Source: Macrostomum lignano (lineage: Eukaryota). Taken from it: 64,000 nucleotides of DNA. Below, piece by piece: positions 1-20,200 of the stretch. Location: the NCBI GenBank assembly GCA_002269645.1, contig NIVC01000481.1:310001-374000 (forward strand), in the 5' to 3' direction. The notes beneath the pieces are model-generated. The model was not told where the DNA came from and did not search any database. It saw nothing but the letters and a program-made list of their open reading frames with translations. Positions within the stretch are counted from its first letter, which is position 1; each line of letters opens with the position of its first letter. Both the position numbers and the translations under genes were made by a program.

Positions 1-199
1 ACATACTCAGAGTCACAGAGTGGCATTGCTGCATTTTCTAATATGACTGGCCCATGCAGTAACTTGAGTTCAAATAATATTTGCACTCTGTTCTGCTGTT
101 GGAGTTCTGTTCAACAGAACGCACAGAGCAAGCCAAATACTCGTGAAGAGCATTTTTTTAGCTTTGTGCAAAAATTAAAGTCAGCAGTAAGTCTTTGAT

Positions 200-412
200 A
201 GAGAGTGTGGAGATAGAAGGGGAGATGAGAGTTTAGATAAGATGAGAAGAGATGAGAGAAAATGAGAATATCAGAGGGGTGAGGGTAGATAAGAGAGAAG
301 AAAGAAGAGAGAAGAGGGGAGAGAGAGGAAAGAAGAGAGAAGAGAGAATAGAGGAGAGATAAGAGAGAAGAGAGAATAGAGGAGAGAGAAGAGAGAAGAG
401 AGAAGAGAAGAA
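200..412. repeat. GA-rich low-complexity tract
   Basis: Degenerate (GAGAA/GAGAG)n; explains ORFs 111..431 and 271..516. Confidence 0.85.
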
Positions 413-1429
413 ACAAACTTTGAGCGGGCAAGTTTATTGGGAAGCGTCAAAGGACCCGGGGGCCCGGATAGAGGCTTAGCAGGTCGCATGTGACCGGCGG
501 GCCAGAGTTGCCTCACTCAATGACTCACTGGTTTTCGCGGTTCTACAAGTTTACCTGCTTCTACACAATGCTGTACTCGTGTGTTTACAAATGCTCGGCC
601 TACAATTTACGTATATGACACACCTACATTCGAGTAGAAAACTCACTACTTGCCAAAATGGAAGCTCTCCTACTTACTTTGTTAGCGCATTATTTGTAAA
701 CTAATATATCTTTTTAAAATTTTCCACGCTTCTGGAAAGTTCTTGAGAATTATATTTGCTTTTTCCATATACTTTTACAACTAATTCTTTGTTTCATTGC
801 ACGCTTTTCTAGATGTTTTTTATTGACTATAAACGTATCATTAAGCGTATGGAGCTCTTTGTACAGTCCAACTGTACATTCAGCTAAAATTCCTATCCCC
901 TGCCCAAACGATAAGACACCCACCTCACGCCATGCAGCACCCCTTCTGAACTGACCTAACCTCTCATTGGCTGACAAGCGCTCAGCCAATGAATGCTCTT
1001 CTATACTTCCGAAGAGCCACATTCACTAAAGCCTATTGATTGGTTAAGAAACTGAGATTTTAATTGAACACAGTCTTGTAATTCGAGTACTTCTTTGTAT
1101 TCTAAGATAATTTACCTGAAGAATGAAAAAATCTACGGACAGAAGAAATCTACAATAAGACAAATAAGGAAGACTGCATTAATAGTACACACGAGGGACA
1201 AGAAGATATTGACAACATCGAATAATCTGGAATGAAAAAATACATTGAGAGACTAGAGAATGAAGTCTGATTATTATGTAACAAATATAGTCTAGAAATT
1301 TATGAATTTTGCTATTATCACTAACTAAGAAGAGCTCTAATGCTTGATAGTTAAACGGTTTTATTATTTTTAACTAGAAAAAAAATTCGACGTCAAAACG
1401 CTTTATATACGACTGATGAACTGGACAGC

Positions 1430-6768
<5,339 letters not shown>

Positions 6769-7463
6769 GATCTTTCTGAGCCTTTCTGCTGTTGTTGATT
6801 TCTCAGCAATCGGCTGATGAAGTACTAGATAGAGAGAGATGCTGCGAGATCGCTTTAGCTTCAGTCCCGATCATTAATGCTTTTTCCTCTCGATCTGCTC
6901 GCGTTATTCCTAATTTCTGAGTCCCTTTCTATCCCCCTTGTCCACTCCCAATTGGTTGAAGCCGGTTGCTATGGGATCCCGGAATATGACTTTTTTATGC
7001 ATGCATATACTCTTAAGCTGTGTAATCAAAGGCATCGACGCACACTTATTGATTATTTATTGCATGGGAATTGAGTCGACGTAATTCTCGAAATTTGAAT
7101 AATAAAATTTTATATGAATTATTAAAGTGAAGGAGTTCATTTTTACGATCATGCATCGACGAAGGTGACGGGTAAACAGAACAGAAACAGCCAAAGTGCA
7201 TGATGAAACTTTAGACTCTGCATCTACTCAAAATCCAGGCTCTCTAGAGTTGCTCTTAGCAACCAGCTCGGGCTGAGGGGAACAGTTCTTAGTCTGTATT
7301 GAATGGAAAGAGTTAGAAATGACAAAGAAGACACTGAAGCTCAAGTTGTTGGATAACGGTTAAGAGTATTAAGGTAAAATGATCGCTTTGCAATGCTTGA
7401 CAAAGGATCTCGTTCTATTCCGTTTGTGGTTTCGTTTCTTTTTGTAAGGACCCTCGTTCGCTT

Positions 7464-7702
7464 ACCGGATGTGTAGCTCACCGGATGTGTAGCTAACCGG
7501 ATGTGTAGCTAACCGGATGTGTAGCTCACCGGATGTGTAGCTAACCGGATGTGTAGCTCACCGGATGTGTAGCTAACCGGATGTGTAGCTCACCGGATGT
7601 GTAGCTAACCGGATGTGTAGCTAACCGGATGTGTAGCTAACCGGATGTGTTGTTAACCGGATGTGTAACTAACCGAATGTGCAGCTAACCGGATGTGTTG
7701 CT
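7464..7702. repeat. 16-bp minisatellite (accggatgtgtagcta)
   Basis: Period 16 (7464 to 7480). Confidence 0.95.
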
Positions 7703-8888
<1,186 letters not shown>

Positions 8889-9554
8889 TATCCCTACAAC
8901 TACAACAGGCAAAGAACAGAATCCATGCTTCAGCCACCGCTATTAGCAAATTTGCGTTGAGCAAATACTTGATTTGGCTCAAACAGATATGATGAAGAAT
9001 TTTCCCCAACCCAGCCTCCTAACCATGCAGGAAAGGGAATTTCAAATTAAAAGACACGCACATGCAACTCGTACATTGTATTTTGAGCCCCGGTTAAGCG
9101 CCGTAGGGTCGAGTTTTTCCTTTCTCCGAGTGAACAGCTCAACTTTGAAGAAAAATTTTCAACTAGCGCAAGGCAATAGACGCGCGGCTGCCTCATCTCT
9201 TGGGGAAAGATGCTGCACGCCCTGTGCATACACTTCAGTATAGCTAAGGCGGCTTTAAGGCAAAAAAACAAGATCAGTCTTCAAATATGTGCAGAGGAGT
9301 TTCTCGTGTCAGGGCAGTGTGGAGGGTCATGTATAGCTGATGTCCTTGATTCTGTGCCACTGCTGACAACCAAAGGTACCGACTGTAAGAAGATCCCAGG
9401 TACAAGGCGGAGAACCCGGCCAAACTTTTGATATGAAAAGATGAGAAGCAGACGACAGTGACCTTGTAAAAAATAAATTGAAAAAGTACTTTACATTGAA
9501 CAACTCTGCCTTAACAAACTGCAGACTGGTATGAATTATGAATATTTTCAACCA

Positions 9555-10625
9555 GTATGACCGATTTCTAAATTGATCTATGACCATGGAGTGGATCATT
9601 ATGTATGACCGATTTCTAAAATGATCTATGACCACGGAGTGGATCATTATGTATGACCGATTTCTAAATTGAGCTATGACCACGGAGTGGATCATTATGT
9701 ATGACCGATTTCTAAAATGATCTATGACCACGGAGTGGATCATTATGTATGACCGATTTCTAAATTGATCTATGACCACGGAGTGGATCATTATGCATGA
9801 CCGATTTCTAAATTGATCTATGACCATGGAGTGGATCATTATGTATGACCGATTTCTAAAATGATCTATGACCACGGAGTGGATCATTATGCATGACCGA
9901 TTTCTAAATTGATCTATGACCATGGAGTGGATCATTATGTATGACCGATTTCTAAAATGATCTATGACCACGGAGTGGATCATTATGTATGACCGATTTC
10001 TAAATTGAGCTATGACCACGGAGTGGATTTTATGTATGACCGATTTCTAAACTGATCTATGACCATGCAGTGGATCATTATGTATGACCGATTTCTAAAA
10101 TGATCTATGACCACGGAGTGGATCATTATGTATGACCGATTTCTAAATTGAGCTATGACCACGGAGTGGATCATTATGTATGACCGATTTCTAAAATGAT
10201 CTATGACCACGGAGTGGATCATTATGTATGACCGATTTCTAAATTGAGCTATGACCACGGAGTGGATCATTATGTATGACCGATTTCTAAATTGAGCTAT
10301 GACCATGGAGTGGATCATTATGCATGACCGATTTCTAAATTGAGCTATGACCATAGAGTGGATCATTATGTATGACCGATTTCTAAATTGAGCTATGACC
10401 ATGGAGTGGATCATTATGTATGACCGATTTCTAAATTGAGCTATGACCATGCAGTGGATCATTATGTATGACCGATTTCTAGAATGATCTATGACCATGT
10501 AGTGGATCATTATGCATGACCGATTTCTAGAATGATCTATGACCATGTAGTGGATCATTATGCATGACCGATTTCTAGAATGATCTATGACCATTCAGTA
10601 AATCATTATGCATGACCGATTTGTA
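9555..10625. repeat. 48-bp minisatellite (tatgaccgatttctaaattgatctatgaccacggagtggatcattatg)
   Basis: 16-codon periodicity in ORFs 9327..10019 and 10010..10594. Confidence 0.95.
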
Positions 10626-11339
10626 AATTGATCGATAAAAATTTGGTCATACGGCATGACCAATATACAAAACAGATAAGATCAGTAGATTTGTCTACAA
10701 AGGTATGACCAAAATTCTTTAGAAAGCTATGATCGGACAAGTAGACCTTACAAAGTTCTAACTAAAATCGGTCAAAGAAATTCGCCAACTGATTTGCTGA
10801 GGCTCGCCGTGGAGATTGTTGAAATTTATGCAGCAGCAAATCGATTCATAGCTCTCACTGCAATGAGACACGGATTTCTACATCCATAAATTCCCAGATG
10901 CAAGCGATATAGATATTTATGAGTTATATGCCATTATATAGTCGAATTTGTAGCAGAAGTGCTGCGTGAGCTTCTCGGGAAACTGCTTCTGACAGTTCGA
11001 ATTGTAGCAGAAGGATAAAAAATCAGATAAAATGCTCAGATATGAGCAGCTAATATAAGTAGACGCACAACTGAGATTTTATCGTAGCCAGGCCCCCCCT
11101 ATTCCCATATTGTATTTATAGCCCAACCAAGCGAATGACTTATAAAATGTAAATGATAGAAATATGAAACCACACATATACATATATATAATGTCAATAC
11201 GGAAGGCTTTGACGGGTAGAGGCCAGAGGCGCGGCAACCTGGCAAAATATCGAGTCACCAATGTACTTTTAGTCTGCTGCTCACAGTCGTGTAAGGAGAG
11301 AAGTAGAACTGCATATTGAAAAGTAGACGTAGATATGAT

Positions 11340-12020
11340 GAATAATACTTAGACACGGAGAAGTAGAAGTATACACGTGACAGGTAGAGGTAGACATAAG
11401 AGGTAGCAGTAGACACAGGAGAAGTAGACATGGGAGAATTAGAAGTAGAAACAGAAGTAGAGGTAGACAAAGGAGGAGCATACATGGGATAATTAGAAGT
11501 AGATAGAGAGAGAAGTACGAGTGTAGACATAAAATTAGACACTGAAAAAAGTAGACACGGGAGTAGACACAGGAGTAGACACAGGAGTAGACAAGGGAGA
11601 AATAGACACAGGAGTAGACAAGGGAGAAATAGACACAGGAGTAGACAAGGGAGAAATAGACACAGGAGTAGACAAGGGAGAAATAGACACAGGAGTAGAC
11701 AAGGGAGAAATAGACACAGGAGTAGACAAGGGAGAAGTAGACACGGGATAAGTAGACACAGGAGAAGTAGACACAATGAAGTAGACATGAGAGAAGTAGG
11801 CACAGGGGAAGTAGACACGGGAGAAGTAGACACGGAGAAGTAGACACGGGAGAAGTAGACACAATTAAGTAGACATGGGAGAAGTAGACACAGGAGAAGT
11901 AGACACGGGAGAAGTAGACACGGGAGAAGTAGACACGTGAGAAGTAGACACGGGAGATGTAAACACAGGAGTAGATACGGGAGAAGTAGACACAGGAGAA
12001 GTAAACACGTGAGAAGTAGA
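11340..12020. repeat. Degenerate GAGAAGTAGACAC-core repeat
   Basis: Variable 12-29 bp units sharing gtagacac. Confidence 0.9.
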
Positions 12021-12539
12021 TCGCTTACAAATGACAGTAGAAAGAAGTAACTCAGTAAGCCAGCTAAATTATCTTTTTGATTTCTCAAAGAGATAGATTT
12101 TAAAACGAAATAGTTAAAGCCTTCTTGAGGGTTGGAACAAAGCAAATTTATTGATATATTTAATCGCGTTAGTAAAATTATAATTTAGTATTACATCTGG
12201 TCAAAAATTTTATGCTTGATGTGGGAAGAGAAAAAGCTGGATCTGTCAAATAAAAATAAATATTGCAGGATATTGTCAAGAGAAAAAGACGGGCGAACCA
12301 AAAAACCCAGTCAGGTTTGAAGGACAAAAAAGGTCAACGACCCAGTTAACGGAAGACTAAAAAGGCAAAATTATAAATGATTACTCATTAATACAGCATA
12401 TATGCTCGTAATGATTAGTAAAACTATCACCGTTTAGAAGAGCAGGGAGAAAATACATGTATGCGTTTTGGTTGGGCAGGCTGTAGTTGAGACAAAAAAG
12501 TAGACACTAAGATCTGAACAAGTAGAGTATTTATTATAT

Positions 12540-13985
12540 GGAGAAGTAGACAGTGAGATATGGGGGAGAAGTAGACAGTAAGATATGGGGGAGAAGTAGA
12601 CTGTGAGATATGGAGAGAAGTAGACAGTGAGATATGGGGGAAAAGTAGACAGTAAGATATGGGGGAGAAGTAGACAGTGAGATATGGGGGAGAAGTAGAC
12701 AGTAAGATATGGGGGAGAAGTAGACAGTGAGATATGGGGGAGAAGTAGACAGTGAGATATGGTGGAGAAGTAGACAGTGAGATATGGTGGAGAAGTAGAC
12801 AGTGAGATATGGGGAGAAGTAGACAGTGAGATATGGGGGAGAAGTCTAAAGTAAGATATGGGGGAGAAGTAGACAGTGACATATGGGGGAGAAGTAGACA
12901 GTGAGATATGGGGGAGAAGTCTAAAGTGAGATATGGTGGAGAAGTAGACAGTGAGATATGGTGGAGAAGTAGACAGTGAGATATGGGGAGAAGTAGACAG
13001 TGAGATATGGGGGAGAAGTCTAAAGTAAGATATGGGGGAGAAGTAGACAGTGAGATATGGTGGAGAAGTAGACAGTGAGATATGGGGGAGAAGTAGACAG
13101 TAAGATATGGGGGAGAAGTAGACTGTGAGATATGGAGAGAAGTAGACAGTGAGATATGGGGGAAAAGTAGACAGTAAGATATGGGGGAGAAGTAGACAGT
13201 GAGATATGGGGGAGAAGTAGACAGTAAGATATGGGGGAGAAGTAGACAGTGAGATATGGGGGAGAAGTAGACAGTGAGATATGGTGGAGAAGTAGACAGT
13301 GAGATATGGTGGAGAAGTAGACAGTGAGATATGGGGAGAAGTAGACAGTGAGATATGGGGGAGAAGTCTAAAGTAAGATATGGGGGAGAAGTAGACAGTG
13401 AGATATGGTGGAGAAGTAGACAGTGAGATATGGGGAGAAGTAGACAGTGAGATATGGGGAGAAGTAGACAGTGAGATATGGGGAGAAGTAGACAGTGAGA
13501 TATGGGGGAGAAGTAGACAGTGAGATATGGGGAGAAGTAGACAGTGAGATATGGGGAGAAGTAGACAGTGAGATATGGGGAGAAGTAGACAGTGAGATAT
13601 GGGGAGAAGTAGACAGTGACATATGGGGGAGAAGTAGACAGTGAGATATGGGGGAGAAGTCTAAAGTGAGATATGGTGGAGAAGTAGACAGTGAGATATG
13701 GTGGAGAAGTAGACAGTGAGATATGGGGAGAAGTAGACAGTGAGATATGGGGGAGAAGTCTAAAGTAAGATATGGGGGAGAAGTAGACAGTGAGATATGG
13801 TGGAGAAGTAGACAGTGAGATATGGGGAGAAGTAGACAGTGAGATATGGGGAGAAGTAGACAGTGAGATATGGGGAGAAGTAGACAGTGACATATGGGGG
13901 AGAAGTAGACAGTGAGATATGGGGGAGAAGTAGACAGTGAGATATGGGGGAGAAGTAGACAGTGAGATATGGGGAGAAGTTGACA
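12540..13985. repeat. 23-24-bp minisatellite (gagaagtagacagtgagatatggg[g])
   Basis: Direct reading. Confidence 0.95.
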
Positions 13986-14271
13986 ACTTGAAAAGAAGTT
14001 CTTATCGAATCAGTAATACCTTAATTACCGGAGTAATTATAAATCCTGCTAATTAATAAGTGTTACTATATCATCAGGTAAAAAAGGATCAGGAAACGAT
14101 AAATTTTGATTTTATTCATTGAAAATACACATCACGCGCACAGAAAAACGATCTGGTCCCTCACTAGAAGCTTTTTAGCTAGAAAAAATTCCTATCACAC
14201 TACTACTCCGAATTCTCCAACAGTAGTATAGTTAGCAATAGACTTTTAGACAGTTCTCTCATCAACTAAAC

Positions 14272-17200
14272 TCAATCGGTCTTGCTAAAGTCGCCGGTTT
14301 CGTCGGAGTTGGGCGCCGAAATTTGGTCGGCAGCGGCGTCCACGGCGCGCCTTTTGAGTTCGCCCTCGGCTGGAAAATAATTCACACACACAAACAAAGG
14401 AGAGTCGAGTTATATTCGGTTATAATGAGGATATTCATCATTAGCAAGTATACAAAAGCAATTACTTACAATCTTTTTTACTCGCTGGGATAAAACAATA
14501 AATTTTAGCATTTAAAGAAACCATTTACCAGCAAGGCATTTCTAGCTTATATTCTATTATACTACTTACTGAAAAACTGTTCATAAGTAGTATAAATCTT
14601 ATTGTTTTATAGGAAAATTTGAAGCATAGGTCAACGATATGTAATAGAAGAAAAAATAGAGCGAACTCACTCGAAAACATAAACATTAACCCAGAACAAG
14701 AAAAACTGCCAGATAAAAGCAATATCTATCAAATCCTTATTATTATTATTTCTCATTTTTTCCAATTATCAAACAATTTGACAGTTGATATTTTCAAAAT
14801 AAGAACTTTCGTTTTACTTCATGGCTTACCCTGAGCCTGAGCTTGCTGAGCCGATTTGAATACTGCGTATTGTTTGAATATTACAGTAATACTGCATTAC
14901 TACATTAATACATTGGTATTATTAATATTATTTTTCTTTACTATTATTAACAGAACAGAAAAATACAGAATTATAAGGAACAAATTTTTATTAATAAAGT
15001 GCACTGTACTTATTAGATATGGATAAACTATGTTAATTTAGGTCCAATTAGGTCTGCGTACTCTGTGCTCATTTAGGTCTGGTTAGGTTTAGGTGCACTC
15101 TGTGCTAATTTAGGTCTGATTAGGTTTAGGTGCACTCTGTGCTAATTTAGGTCTGATTAGGTTTAGGTGCACTCTGTGCTACTTTAGGTCTGATTAGGTT
15201 TAGGTGCACTCTGTGCTAATTTAGGTCTGGTTAGGTTTAGGTGCACTCTGTGCTAATTTAGGTCTGATTAGGTTTAGGTGCACTCTGTGCTAATTTAGGT
15301 CTGATTAGGTTTAGGTGCACTCTGTGCTCATTTAGGTCTGGTTAGGTTTAGGTGCACTCTGTGCTAATTTAGGTCTGCTTTGGTTTAGGTACACTCTGTG
15401 CTACTTTAGGTCTGATTAGGTTTAGGTGCACTCTGTGCTAATTTAGGTCTGGTTAGGTTTTGGGACACTCATTGGAACTGATTAGGTTTAGGCGCACTAT
15501 GCTAATTTAGGTGGTTATTAGGTGCACCATGAGCTAATTTAGGTCTGGTTAGGCTTAGGTACACCATGAGCTAATTTAGGTCTGGTTAGGTTTAGGTGCA
15601 CTCTGTGCTATTTTAGGTCTGATTAGGTTTAGGTGCACTCTGTGCTAATTTAGGTCTGGTTAGGTTTAGGTGCACTCTGTGCTAATTTAGGTCTGCTTTG
15701 GTTTAGGTACACTCTGTGCTACTTTAGGTCTGCTTTGGTTTAGGTACACTCTGTGCTACTTTAGGTCTGTTTAGTTTTAGGTGCACTATGTGCTAATTTA
15801 GGTCTGGTTAGGTTTTGGGACACTGCTAATTTAGGTCCAATGAAGTTTTAGTACACTCTGCTAATTTAGGTCCAGTTAGGTTTGGGTACAAGCTGTGCTA
15901 TTTTAGGTCTGGTTAGGTTTTGGGACACTGCTTATTTAGGTCTGGTTATGTTTAGGTACACCATGAGCTATTTAGGTCCAATTAGGTTTAGGTACACTCT
16001 GCTAATTTAGGTCTGGTTAGGCAATGCAAAACACTTACCCTCAGTAACCAACTGCCCAGCAGCGTCATGCACTTTGCCCAGAGTGGCATCAATGCTCTTC
16101 TGATGCTTGAGCACAATTGGGCGAATCACTCGGTTGTAGAGCAGCACAGATCCGTTGGCAGAGATTGGCACCATCAGGTAGATGAGGAAGATGCACTTTA
16201 GAAAGGCGTACAGTGGAATCCACCAGAGAAAGATGTCAGTGAATGTCTCCAGCAGGCTGAAGGCGGCGTACACAACCCAGTAAGTGAGCCATTTGGTGTC
16301 GTCATCTTTCTCGTGAGTCTCAATGGCCTTCACAGAGGCGTAGGCTGGGTATAGAAAGCCAATGAAGTTGGCCAAGAAGTTTGAGCCATAGCCAAACATC
16401 AGGTAGATGGCCAAGAATGCAATGAGACCTGTTTTTGGTTTGAGTGGTGGGTTTTAACATGTGCATAATTCATTATCAACAGAGGACTGAAAGTCTAACT
16501 GGATTGATTTAGTTTCGTATTTTTTCATACGAAAAATTGTTTATGATTGTGCTCTGCATAAACTACAGAGTATAGTATACCACACAGACCTTAGAAAAGA
16601 TTTGTATACAAACTTAGTATCCCTTTGAAAGCTTTTTGATTGTATTTGGGTAAATTCTATATAGACTTACAATAGTATTCCTTCAGTTTTTTAATTTGAT
16701 AATATATTATTGTATATCATGTGCCCTTTACTAAAACCATATATACAGTATGCGGCAGCTAAATCCGGAATTTATTAAACTATTTTAAAAAAGCTTGAAA
16801 TCCATAGAAAAAAGCACTGTATTTTAATGTAAATTGGTAAGAGCATATGTTAAATGATGATAGAGAGTTTTACTCAAAAAACCCGCCATCAGCAGCGACG
16901 ACCTTCTCTAGGCGGGACCGGAAAGAGCGGCAGGCATCGGCAACGACCTTCTTGTCAAGGTTCGCCATTGCCTCCACAATGGCCGCCTTGAGCAAGTCCT
17001 TGGTGTTGTAGGACTTGTGGTTCACCTGTCTGGTCAACTCGCCCCAGACAAAGTAGTCGAGTGGATTGCAGTCAGGGGAGGAGGGAGGCCACAAGTCCGG
17101 CGACCAGTGGTGGGGCACATTGCTGTACAGCCAGGCTTGGGTGGTCCTGGCCTTGTGGGCTGGTGCCGAGTCCTGCTGGAAGACGTATGGCCTCCCTTGG

Positions 17201-20200
17201 GCAACCCGGTCCATCCAGGGCTTCACAGTTGTCCTCAGGATCTTGATGTAGTCGTCAGCGCCAAGGCGGAGGCCGTCCTTGAAGATATACGGTGGCATGA
17301 CATCCCCCTCAGAGCTGACAACACCAAACACCATGATGTGGGCAGGGTACTTGCTATGCATTGCTACAGGTACAGGTATTCTATATGGTTTAAAAGCTAT
17401 ATAAATACAGACGTCTGAAATGCTGCAGTTTTTTCTCTTTAACGTGTCGTCTTTGAGCTGGAATTGATTGAAACCTTTCCGGATTTAGCAGCCGCACACT
17501 GTAATTACCATGTATAATCATATAGTATATAGGAAGTTATCAATTAGTAACTATTTCCCTATAAAAATCAAAGCAACTAGATAAACAAAGTGATCTTATC
17601 TAGGCTAAAGAAGCTAAATGATAGTTTAAATTTTAGAAACATTTAAACTAAGTAAAACATCATGCTATTTTTTAATCACAAGAAGGAGCCTATGACTTTC
17701 TTTTGAACATGGTATATATAATAAAGCTAGACTATATAGTATATTTAATCAAGTATTCATGACTATTTTGACTGACTAATACTACTTCAATATGAAACTA
17801 ATACAAAATAAGGAAAATGGAAAATATATATTGACAAAGGTAAAGCCAAAACGCCACGGTTAGGCTGGGCACTGATATTGAGGAAAAAATTGCCACAAGA
17901 CGGCACCTATGTGCCATTAAACTACTGCCTTTCTGTAGTTTGGAAAGCCCACTCATTAAAATTCATGTGCCTATCTTTGCTGTGTATGGCACTATATGTT
18001 TCGGTACACTTTAAAACAAAATATTTTATTGCTCTAATAGAATTTTTGCTAATCAGATGATAATTATGAATAGACCACAAAGGACTTTGGGAGTAAATAT
18101 TGCCCCATATCTGCTTGAGCAATAAAACGCTGCACCACAGGTAGCTTATGCCTTATAATTGCAGTCATAAAGAGGAATTTATCAATAGTAATAACACAGT
18201 AGTATCTTATCTATAATTGCTTTGTAATATTTCTGCCAGGTGCGTTAACTTGGTTATCATACTGCTCAATTTACTTATAAAGGTTTGATCTAGTTCTATT
18301 TGATCTAAAACAAGCGAGTGCCTGAACTGAAAGAGCTGTTTGCATAGCTTGTACTGTCTACAATGCCAACGACAAAAAAAACTCATAACGAGAACAGGCA
18401 AAGTTTGTGCCTGCTCTGCTTGAGACGAGCTTCTGCGCTGATTTCTTCTTGCTCTAATTTCGAATCTGTGGCAGCCGACTTGTTCCAGGACTACGAGGCA
18501 GTGCGGCACTTTCTACCTGAAGGAGTTTGCCAGGGCTGCAGGGGCGTTTTATCGTCACTAAGAAGTCTGACGCCTCGTGCTCTGCCACCGCGACCAGATT
18601 ACGAGAAGATAATAGCCGACATGAAGAGTCTGCCTCCAGCCACCAGAAGCAGACCGGATTGCAACTGCCAACTGTGCGAAATGGCTCGTGGCAATCACCA
18701 CAAAGGCAGCGATCCAAAGACGCCTTACACAACAGGTCCTGCTCGAGCCCCACCTGGTCGACCACGCAAAAGATCCCCAGCGCCAGCTGAAGGAGCAACG
18801 GCTGTGCTTTCCTGCTCATACTGTCATTCTCCAGTTGGGCGTGGCAAACAGCACAAATGCAACTCGACAGCTAAGGTGACTAACATCGAGCAAACAGTCA
18901 GCCCAAGGACAAGGGAGATGCTGGCCAGCAACTGCATTGCCGAAAAGACGGGTGGGTCGACGGCGGATTCGAATTCGATCACTCTAGCCAGACATCGAGG
19001 CGGCCATCCGATTCGAGTTGCTGTGCATGTTGCTCAAAACAGCAGTGCGAGCTTTCCTCCAACGAGGACGGACACTATGATGCACTTGAAAACAACTCTG
19101 AATCTGAGCAACAATCAAGTGCTACAGGCTGCTCAAGTGCTTCGTGCTGGCGCGAGCTCATCTCGTGCAGTCGAGTCAAACTTGAAGAAAATTTTGGTAC
19201 AGCAAAATCGAGCATTAGAGGATTACTTCGACATCCAGAATCTCCAGTTCTCGGAGCTGACCTCGACTGCCGCAACAGCCGACACTATTTGCCGCCCGAC
19301 TGTTGTCTGCAACGACTCGGTCAAACTCATTGCACATGTTGCTCAGCAACGCAGTTTCAATGATTTTCACTGTCTGCTGGGTCTCGATGGTGGCGGCGGA
19401 TTTTTTAAAGTTTGCGTTTCGATAATTGGCTCTAACGCAAAACCCGAAATCGGAACTCGAGGAGCCAACAGCAGGAAATTCTGTGACACGGGTGTCAAGA
19501 AGATCCTGTTGCTTGCGATCGTCAACGACGTTCCTGAGACTTACGGAAATATTCAGGCTCTGCTCGAGGCGATCGCTGTCAACGAACTTCAAATCCCAGT
19601 CACTGCAGATATGAAAGTTGCAAACATCATCTGCGGACTGCAACCTCATTCCTGTACACATCCGTGCCCCTATTGCGAAGCTCTGGCTCCTCTTACAGAA
19701 AATGGTGTGCCAAGAACTCTTGGGAGAATTCGGCAGTTTGCTCAGCAGTTTCAAGCAGCTGGCCAAGTTCGTGCAAAGGCAAAGAACTTTAAAAACTGTG
19801 TCAACATGCCACTGCTACCAGGCGATGATGACAAAGAAGTTTTGATGCTTCTGCCGCCACCTGAGCTGCACCTGCTCCTTGGAGTCAGCAACCGACTGCT
19901 GGACAAGCTCAACGAAGCTTGGGGTGCGAATCGCGCGTTCGAGTGGGCTCATCAGCATGGCATTATTCGAGCTGATTACAGAGGTGGCATGATGGAAGGA
20001 AACGCCTGCCGCCAGCTGCTCCGCAAATCACCGCAGCTTCACGCTGATCTGCCTCCACCATTACAGCCGTACGGGGCGTGTCTGATGGCGTTCGATCGGC
20101 TGGTCAGCAGCGCCTTTGGAACCGAATTGGCGGCAGACTTTGAAGAGGCAATTGAGAATTTTCGACTGGCCTACATGAGCTTAAGCTTGCCTGTCACCCC

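Noticed and set aside
478-520. hAT Buster/Charlie-like terminal motif (ggcaactctggcccgccggtcacatgcg on the minus strand)
   Set aside because: Degenerate, with no matching partner end or TSD in the window.
9327-13986. Long ORFs 9327..10019, 10010..10594, 11255..12145, 11281..11862, 12427..13986 and similar
   Set aside because: They are translations of minisatellites that lack stops in some frames; several overlapping frames are open and there is no domain content.
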